A stretch of DNA of 64,000 nucleotides, from contig OX597830.1 in NCBI GenBank assembly GCA_951406725.2, positions 45,260,001 through 45,324,000 of the forward strand, in the 5' to 3' direction. Below the pieces are notes generated by a model. That model was not told the origin of the DNA. It saw nothing but the letters and a program-made list of their open reading frames with translations, and made no database searches. The stretch comes from Octopus vulgaris. Lineage: Eukaryota. Positions within the stretch are counted from its first letter, which is position 1, and each line of letters begins with the position of its first letter. Of this stretch, positions 54,760-64,000 are shown piece by piece. The position numbers and the translations under genes are program-made.

Positions 54760-55289
54760 CAGCTTGCTCCCGTCGTTCCCATAACAATCACGCTCACCCC
54801 CAATCACCACCAGATAAGCCAAACAGCTTGTGTGAATAGCCGTTTGCCGTAAGATTTTGTCCTTAGGCAGCAGCCCAAAATGAAATAAAATAACAACCCT
54901 AGTAATAAGCAGCATTATCTACCACGCTGCCCTTCGGTTTATTTAAGCCTCTTAGCTTCTGCAACTAAAACTTCTGCTTAAAGTCTGTTGTATTTCATCT
55001 CTGTATTACTGGCTTACGGACCTCGCCATATTTCTCTCTCTCTCTCTTCCTTTTTTTGTTTTTTGTTTTCTTTTCACAGGTTCCAGGGCCGTCGGCGACT
55101 AAACCGGCAACCCCACAGAGCTTGCTTTTTGAGGAGGGTACATTTCTTGCTATTTGATTACCCTGCAGAATTAAATACAATGTCAAAGGGTGGATAAACT
55201 CTGAAGAGCCAACGGCCATCCAAAGAAGCAACTCTCATTATTAGTTATACAGCTTATCAAACCCTTACCCGCTTAAGACAGCAGAGATC

Positions 55290-56889
55290 ATCAGATGTGC
55301 AAGGAGAATTCTACTTAGCCGCTTGCTGAAGTTACTGCGTCAGTGCTAGGAGGAGGGATCAGTACCGCAAGACATGAGAGACAGCAACATTGTCACCCAA
55401 GAACAAAGAGGACAAAAGAGGCTGTAATAACTGCCAAGGTATTATGTTGTTAAGTATCGTTGGGAAGGTCTTTGCTTGTGTGGCCCTAAACAGACTACAG
55501 AAATTCTCTGAGAGGGTATACCCCGAATTTCAGTGCGGTTTCGGATCAGAACGCTCCACCACCAACAGCTACAGAAGCGCCGAGAGCAAAGGCAACTTTT
55601 TATCACCTTCATGGACCTCACAAAGGCTTTTGACCTAGTGAGTAGAGACGGCCTGTTCAGAACCCTTGCCAAGACTGGCTGTCATCCAAGACTCCTCAAG
55701 ATTATCCAATCATTTCACGCGGACAATTTGACGGCTCTTTTCCGGAAGCATTTAACACACGCAGCGACGTGAAGAAGGGTTGTGTGCTTTCTCCCACCCT
55801 GTTTGGCATCTTCCTTGCAGTCATGTTTAAACATGCATTTTGGACATCAACTAATGGTGTTTACCTTCAAATCAAATCAGACCATAAATTGTTTAGTCTG
55901 TCGAGACTGAAAGCAAAATCCAAGGGGCGTCAGGTACTTGTCAGAGAAAAGCTATTCGTGGACGACGCAACACTGACAGCGCACTCTGAAGAGCAAATAT
56001 AACACCTCGTGGACAAATTTTCAAAGGTCTGTCGGAAACTCAGCCTGACTATCGGTCTGAAGAAGACCCAAGTATTGGGCTAAAGTTTCAAGTATCCATC
56101 ACCTACCATCACCAGCTACAACCTGGAGGTAGTCAATCAATTCACCTATCTCAACTCTACCATCGCCGATTACCTCACCCTCGATCCTGAGATCAGCAGG
56201 CGAATCGGACAGCAGGCGAACCCCACATTTGCCAAGTTCACAAAAAGGGTCTGAGAAAACAAAAAAACTGGCTGCAGACACCGAGATTACTGTCTACAAG
56301 GCCTGCGTCCTTAGTACGCTACTTTACGGCGTCTCAATCTCTTTCACCCTCGTAATTTGAGACGCATCTAGGATGTCAAGTGGACCAACCACATCTCCAA
56401 CACCGAAGTCCTCAACTGAGCCAAGATACCTAGCATACTCACCCAGCTCCAACAGCGTCGTTTGCGCTGGCTCCGTCATATACATTGCATGCTGGACGGA
56501 AGGATTCGAAAAGACTTCTGGTATGGGGAATTGGCCACCGGTACAAGAGCACGAGAACGACCTCATCTTCGTTCCAAGGGCGTTTGTAAGAGACATATGA
56601 GGCCGCTTGATCTGGACGACATGAGATGGGAGGAGGTTGCAAATGATCACCCACACTGGAAACAAATACTGCGAAAGGGGATGAAACGAGCGGAAGAAAA
56701 ACAAGAACTCTCTACAAAAAAAAAGCGCACTCAGCGGAAAGAAAAACAAGTGGCACGGCAGAGAGTTCCTTCAAATACAGTCGCTGCGTGTGTGACTGCC
56801 ACTCCCGTATGGACTTCTACACCTACAACAGACGCTGCACCACCATTCTTCGAGCGCAGATCTATGGCCTCTCGAGATCGACGGATGCC

Positions 56890-56893
<4 letters not shown>
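55290..56893 (+). mobile_element. 5'-truncated RTE (BovB-like) LINE, degenerate
   Basis: CNNCQGIMLLSIVGKVFA, FMDLTKAFDLVSRDGL, VKKGCVLSPTLF, LFVDDA, RWLRHI..DGRI..YGELATG; RTE-type 3' end GATCGACGGATGCCTACTA. Confidence 0.92.
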
Positions 56894-56934
<41 letters not shown>

Positions 56935-58479
56935 TATATTTGTCAACTGGATATATGTATATATGATTCATCTATATTGTATTGTTTAATAACAACAGAA
57001 AGTGGAAGACAGGTTATTTATCAACTTGCTTCTACTGATTTTACAAATTTTATTGATAAGGAGAGTGTTGCAAAAAGAGAAGGCAGATTGCCCAATATTT
57101 TCAGCTAACGAACAGCTGGAACTAAGTATCATGAGTTGTGTAGTAACAATAGTTGTTTATCTGTAATTATATTTGTAACTCAACGTAGACAATACCTCCT
57201 CTTGGTCATTAAAATATTTAATCAATGAAATCAAGGAAACGAGATGAAAAGAGTGTGTAATATATCATTAGGTTCGATAATGTGTTCATGGGCTGATTTA
57301 CTCGAATGTAAACTGGAGAAAGAGAATACAAGAATATTGTAAACTTAAGAGGAAAGTGTGTATTATATTAATTATAACAACTTCGACGGGGTCTTTAATT
57401 ATTTTATTGTAATATGATAATGAAAAACATTCTTACAGTTTTGGTAGCTACCAGTCTCATTCCTAACTTAGTTTTTGAAGGTTATTTTTATTTTCTCCAT
57501 AATTTTAGAAATCGAAGAATTGATAAACAGAACGCTACAAATAGATTGTAGTGTTAGTGTCCTTCCAAAAAGAAAAGAAAAACGTAAATAAATTAAATTT
57601 GAATTTTCTTTTTACGTTTCTCAATTGTTTGTTTTCCAGTCAGTTAATGAGACACAAAATCTTGACTTAAAATCCCTCCAAAAAATAAAATGACGCTCTC
57701 GAGAATATAATAATTATTATACTATCTCTAATTTTATAGAGCCTGTCTATGTTTCTAATTGCTTAGTGTTCGATAGTAGCAATGAGACAATCAGAAAGAT
57801 GTTTTATAAAAAATAGTTCACGTTACAAATGTTTATGTTCTAACAATTAAATCTAACCTGCTTGCCAATAATCCAGCTCTTAGAAGTGAAAAGAGCTACA
57901 ACTCATTACAAATTATTTAGCAGAAGTTTCTAAAAAAGAAAAACATATGGATACTTATGGAATCATTCTTGTTTCTTCGGTTTAAGAAAAAACGCAATAT
58001 TTTGAAAATGTAAGCCATAAAAGCTCAATACATACAAATAGATAAGAATTGAGAAAAGATAACCAAGATAAACTTTGTGCGTTAAAGTTATTAATTTACA
58101 ACTTCTACTAATAAATCGAATGTTTTCCATGAATCAGGACTCTCTTTTTCAGGCAAGAAGACCAATTTTTATTCCTTTTCCAAACACATAGTCAAATAGA
58201 CATGAAATGTCTTCATTGACGGACACTTATTTCTGCATCTATAATACTCATCTTTCATTATGGCAATTATGTCGAAGTGCTGTGCATGCCATAAGTCATA
58301 AAGCACTGAATTAAATGTCATGATTTACTTGTTATCTTTCTACATTTTGCATTCAAACCCTATTAAATCACTTGTCTCACTCCTGCTTCATTTTAATAAT
58401 ACCATCAGTTGTCTCAACGTTTGTGCTAATATAGAAAATATTTCTAATTATATATGCTTAAAATAAATATAACATACAT

Positions 58480-59275
58480 ACTTACAGACACAAGACCACT
58501 ACATCTTATCACACTTTGAAGGCTATGCGTTTGCATAGATTGCCACAAAGTACCTGGTGAACAAGAGAGACAGTGACGCTCTTGTAATCTTGTATGTGTA
58601 GGCTATGTCATATTTCTGTGGAAGACATCATGCATGTGATTAGAAGCTGTCCTAAAATGTCGTCACGGTACTACCTCCCTCTGCGGCACGTTGTTGTTGC
58701 TAAAACAATTTACAATGCTATCCGCAAAAAAGACCGTCCAGAAATAAACTTAGAAAATCCCTGTTATGGAATACATTCATAAACACCAACTCAAGGAATA
58801 CTGGTGGAATATTCTCATCAAAACTTCTGTCAAATGTAAACAACAGGTCAGATATTGTTGTTTGGGACAGAAGGGCAAAGGTATGTAGCATCATAGAGGT
58901 TAGCTGCCCTGCAGATATAAATATCTCTTTAAAAAAAAAAAAAAAGAGGATATCTATAGACAACTGCTTCGAAACCTCCAGCTTCTATATCCAGACTATG
59001 AATTCATATTCATACCAATAATAATTGGAGCACTAGGTTTTGTTAGTAAATGCTTAAAGGAGAATCTGGATAAACTGAGATTTTAAGAAACAGAAACTGA
59101 CCGGCTGATTCGTACATTATAAATGCAATCTGTGAGTGGAACAGTAAAAATATGCAAGAGTTTTCTCAAGTTCCAAATGTAAGTTTGTCTGTGTTAACTA
59201 CATTCCAAAGATGGAGCCTTGTATCTTTGTTGGAAACCGGCTCTCTCCTCAGTGGAAGATTTATAATAATTAAAA
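58480..59275 (+). mobile_element. RLE retrotransposon 3' fragment
   Basis: CRLCHISVEDIMHVIRSC..RH, DIVVWD..IIEVSCPAD, QSVSGTVKICKSF. Confidence 0.85.
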
Positions 59276-59404
59276 AATAGAAGAGACATACATAAATACG
59301 TGCGTGCATGCATGCATGCATACATGCATAAATACATACATACATACATACATACATACATACATACATACATACATACATACATACATACATACTATAC
59401 CCTA

Positions 59405-60810
59405 CCATACCATACTCGAAGCGACAAGTCGCATATTTGGCGAGGGAGACAATTTATCTCCAACTTGGAGCCACCACCATCAACCCTGTTAAATAACTGG
59501 TTAATCTTCAGATGAATTAACTGAGGGAACCTTTTATTCAATATCGTAGTGATTTTAGACTGAAACTAGAATTTACCGTGCAGAGAGTTACTACAAGCAA
59601 CATGGCTGGGCGACATCAACAACAACACAACCGACGAACAGAAAACAACAGCTCAACAGGTAAACAGAATCTTTCTAGCTGTTTTCATGGAGAACTCGTA
59701 ATTACAAAACTCATTTTTCTTGGAGTTATGAATAGAGGACTGAGTTATATAACTGTTATAGGAGAGTAAAACAAAACCGCTCTGTTGAGTATATGAATAG
59801 ACTGAAATCATACTGGGTCGATCTGCGCTTAGCACAAAATCATTTTACTGTAAAACAATTACGTCAACAAGTAAAATTTGTGGAACATAGGAAGAAAGTT
59901 GGTGACTGTAACTTCAGTCACTAAGGTTAAATCAAGATCTGAAATTAACCGTCTCTCAAACTAAATAAACAAAACAGTGAACGATGTTAGAACACCACGT
60001 TATTTCACAGTTAACAACATTCCAACATATTCTATACTACTTACCAGCCAAGCTACATTGCAGGTTAACGCAACTGACCATTGTCCCTCTAAAGATCATT
60101 GTAGAAGCAATCAGGAGGATATATCCGGGAAATACGCACTAAGTAAAATTTTTCTAGAGAAAGTAACTTTGGCTTTGAAGTACTTCCTCGAAGAGAGAGT
60201 ATTTTCTGCCAAAGTAAGGAAAGACTAATAGACACGGTGTTAAAAGCTGATAATGAAATTAGAGAGGGGTTTTTACAGCAGTGTAATCAGCCCTCATTCT
60301 GGCAGATTAACGCCTGTCTATAAGCTTTGCCTACTACCGCAAAACAATACACAAAGGACACTAAAAAAGTAAATAAAACCGAAGCAACAAAGGAAGTGTC
60401 ATCATGGGTTTTAACAACAGAGAAAAGGATAGCTGACTTACTGAAGACCATCAGCCGTGTAATGATGATTATTGCTTCCAAACAAGCAAACCACTATCCG
60501 TCTCACCAACAGAAAGTGAAGAAGGGGATAGAAATGATGTTTGGAGACAGCAAAAAGAGGACACTTGCAAGCTGATCTCCCTTATGCAGGAACTAAAAGC
60601 TGTCAGTGAGAAACTCCGACATCAGAAGAGAATAACCGAGAGAAAAACAATAATCAAAGAACTTAACCGGAACTAGACATGAGAGGAGAAGCAGTGAGCA
60701 TCACAGAAGCTCCTTCACGAGAAGATATAGACCCCTTCTGGAGGAAAATCTAGAGTGAAAAGATGGAGTTTAATCGAGGTGCTCTGTGACTGGAAGAAAT
60801 TTGAAGAAGT
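59405..60810 (+). mobile_element. Putative 5' UTR and decayed N-terminal ORF of an RLE retrotransposon
   Basis: 59405-59640 matches the reverse complement of 29335-29578; the downstream lysine-rich decayed frame (AVSEKLRHQKR, PFWRKI) resembles pre-RT regions of R4-type elements. Confidence 0.55.
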
Positions 60811-61606
60811 TATTGCTGCTGTGGAAGTCGCGAAGTTCTCCGTTTTGTGATTCAATACTACATATACCTATTGCACTTACTATTTCTCTGTTTTTAGAAA
60901 ATATGTGTGTGTGTGTGAATGTGTGTGTGACTGTGTTTGTACGTGAGTGTGTGTGTATGTGTGTGTATATGTGTGTGCGTGCGCGCGTGTGCGTATGTAA
61001 TTTCGAATATTACTAATTTGAACAAGTTTTCTTGTCGACGCAAAATAGACACATTCTCTGTAGGATTGTTAAAAGATAAGTCTTAGAACGTGAGCATCTG
61101 TTTGTAGTCAACGATAAACACTAGTCTACTATATGACTGACCAAACATAACAAGCATCACATATCAACAACAATTTTTCTGTCTTCTTTTTATTCAAACA
61201 GTCAGTGGTTTTTTGTTCACAAGTTTCTGAATTTGGAAACAGTAGAACAGTTACTTTTTTTAAGATTTTACTCTTCTTTTAAACTTTGTTCTGTGAACCA
61301 GCACTGGATCTACGTCATGATCAAATAGATTAGCATAATAAATTAAAATCGCCTGTTGTGTTAGAGGTGAAATAAGCTGTGTCTTTAATAAGGTTGTCAT
61401 TTCTTTTATACAAAAGGTTTATTATACGAGGGGTGTATGAAAAGTTTTGAGCCTAACCTAGAAACGGGGCTGCTAGGTAGCTGGAACAATTTTTCTGGTA
61501 AGTACAGTCTTTTCGGAGTATTCTTGTTCATTTTCATGATTTTGATATTTTAATTTTTTTTTTGTTACATATTTTTGAATAAGCAAGTGTCGAGGTTACA
61601 AGGAAA

Positions 61607-62647
61607 ATGGAGAAAACTGAGTATCGTGCTGTCATAAAGTACCTTCATTTGAAAGGCATGACTCCATCAGAAATCCATGAAGATATGGTGAGAAACTTAA
61701 CAGACAATGCTCCTTCATATGCAACAGTCAAACGCTGGATAAATGAATTCCAGCATGGTAGGAAGAGTGTGGAAGATGATCCCACACCAGGGAGGCCTCC
61801 AACTGCAACCACTGAGGACAACATTGACCTTGCTCTTGGTATGATAATGCAAGATCATCGAATATCATGTCGCCAGATAGCTGAGAGACTGGGCATCTCA
61901 CTTGAAAGAGCAGACAACATTGTCACAAAAGAACTTGGGTTCTCAAAGGTTTCTGCAAGGTGGGTCCCTCACCTTATGACTCCTGAACAGAAACGCACCA
62001 GGTGCACTTTGTCCACGAGTAATCTGGAACTGTTTGAAGCCGATGAAGAGAATTTTCTTGCTCGTTTTATTACTATGGACGAAAGTTGGGTTCATCACTA
62101 CCAGCCTGAAACCAAAGAACAATCAAAGCAGTGGAAGCACACATCTTCGCCTACCCCAAAGAAGGCCAGGTCATTCCTTCAGCTGGCAAGGTCATGGCGT
62201 CAGTTTTTTTTTTTTTGAATTCTCAAGGTGTCTTGCTGATCGATTACCTTGAAAAGGGTCACACCGTGACAGGGCTGTATTATTCTCAGCTACTGTAATG
62301 CCTCTAGGAAGCAATCAAAGAAAAAAGACCAGGAATGCTCACCAGAGGAGTCCTTTTTCATCACGACAATATTCCAGCCCACACCTCAGAGGTTGCCATG
62401 GCAACAATTCGTGATTGTGGATACGAACCTGTTCCCCATCTGCCTTATTCGCCAGACTTAGCCCCCTCTGACTTTCATCTATTCCCAAAAATGAAAAAAG
62501 CCTTGGCTGGTTGCTATTTTGCCACTGACAATGACGTCATAGACACTGTAGGAAGTTTCTTAGAGTCTCAAACAAAAGAGTTCCTCTACGCCGGGATAAA
62601 GGCACTTCAGCACCGCTGGAGAAAGGGTTCAGCTATCAAAGGGGACT
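61607..62647 (+). pseudogene. Mariner DD34D transposase pseudogene
   Basis: MEKTEYRAVIKYL, GRP, RWVPH, TMDESW, HHDNIPAH, YSPDLAPSDF; frameshift near 62170, stops near 62300; last codons displaced to ~63086-63097 by the SINE. Confidence 0.93.
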
Positions 62648-62873
62648 CTCTCTTTTACTCTTTTACTCTTTTACTTGTTTCAGTCATTTGACTGCGGCCA
62701 TGCTGGAGCACCGCCTTTAATCGAGCAACTCGACCAGGGACTTATTCTTTTGTAAGCCCAGTACTTATTCTATCGGTCTCTTTTGCCGAACCGCTAAGTA
62801 ACGGGGACATAAACACACCAGCATCGGTTGTCAAGCAATGCTAGGGGGACAAACACAGATGCACAAACACACA

Positions 62874-62923
<50 letters not shown>

Positions 62924-63085
62924 TATACGACGGGCTTCTTTCAGTTTCCGTCTACCAAATCCACTCACAAGGCTTTGGTCGGCCCGGGGCTATAGCAGAA
63001 GACACTTGCCCAAGGTGCCACGCAGTGGGACTGAACCCGGAACCATGTGGTTGGTAAACAAGCTACTTACCACACAGCCACTCCT
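62648..63085 (-). mobile_element. tRNA-derived SINE family C (CORE-like), full length with internal (TA)n
   Basis: Minus strand AGGAGTGGCTGTGTGGTAAG..GGTTCAGTCCC..GGCACCTTGGGCAAGTG; GAGTAAAA tail repeats. Confidence 0.9.
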
Positions 63086-63950
63086 GTGAAAAATAAATCA
63101 TCAGAAGTCTTATACAATGTTTTGTTTTTTTGAGGCTCAAGACTTTTCCGACATCCCTCGTAAATGAAAAACAAACTATTGCACTATAGAAGTTGTGTCT
63201 TCCCACATAAGCACGAAATTTATATCAAATATGATGCTGTAGTACGTTCCTACCTTTTCCATGCTGCTTAGTAGCTAAATCTAAGAGAACTCGAACCACA
63301 TAACCAATGTACACTACAGATAAAGTATTTCTTTACAACGTATCGCATTACGTCATACAAGAGAAAACACACACACACACACACAGATATAATATAACTC
63401 GATGCTTTAAGAACGAATTTCCTCGGTTTATTTGTTCTGCAGCGAATTACAGACGCTCCCTTAACAATCTCAGCGACAGAGATATAATACTCCAATGATT
63501 CTTCGGTTGGCAACCTGTAACTGACGACATTATTGTTCTCGAATTGCAATAATAAATAATCAATGAACAAATATCTAATCGGTTCTACCTCTTTCCCCAA
63601 ACTAGAATCGTGTTTCTTAAATTTAAAATCATCCTAACTCAACAGCGAGCATTGTAACATAGTTTTCAAAAGAATTTTTTTAAGCTACTTAAATTTTTTT
63701 TAAAGTATTGTTCTCATATTCAAATTGGTATCAACCAAATCCCACCCGACAGTGCGGTAGTGCAGAAATAGATCTGTAAAAACTAACGAGACAAATGGCT
63801 CTCAGATATTCATATCATCTGTATGACAATGGCATTTTGAATGGATCATAGGAATAGTCCAAATATTTCATTTCATTTCAAAATGTAACTGTAATTCTAA
63901 AATACCCTTTGTTATAATAAATCCTTTAAGAGTAACTAATTATAATTAAA

Positions 63951-64000
63951 CTAGCAGTATCGCCCGGCGTTTCTCGGGTTTGTAAGGGAAATAACTATAT
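63951..64000 (-). mobile_element. Helitron-type element 3' end, cut by the window edge
   Basis: CTAGCAGTATCGCCCGGCGTT..CGGGTTTGTAAGGG as at 31530. Confidence 0.85.

Larger units (their letters stand above)
61427..63160 (+). mobile_element. Full-length mariner transposon, TA-flanked, with a nested SINE
   Basis: TIRs CGAGGGGTGTATGAAAAGTTTTGAGCCT / AGGCTCAAGACTTTTCCGACATCCCTCG. Confidence 0.93.

Overview
AT-rich, repeat-saturated eukaryotic DNA with no intact host gene. The SINE families, dense (TA)n/(CA)n/(GATA)n/(TTA)n microsatellites and transposon mix suggest a cephalopod (Octopus-like) intron or intergenic region; this is an inference. Recognisable content, all degenerate: Penelope-like (GIY-YIG) retroelement fragments, CR1-like and RTE-like LINE fragments, R4/Dong-like restriction-endonuclease (RLE) retrotransposon pieces, Tc1/mariner elements, three short Helitron-type copies and three tRNA-derived SINE families. 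Most ORF-track entries are microsatellite artefacts. The most notable signal is absent from the ORF track: about ten type I hammerhead-ribozyme motifs (complete, core-variant or truncated) in short Penelope-type tails. Nearly all abut microsatellites and many are folded back as inverted repeats. The cleanest, at 44491-44573, has a perfect 22-bp helix I. Element boundaries were read by eye and are approximate.
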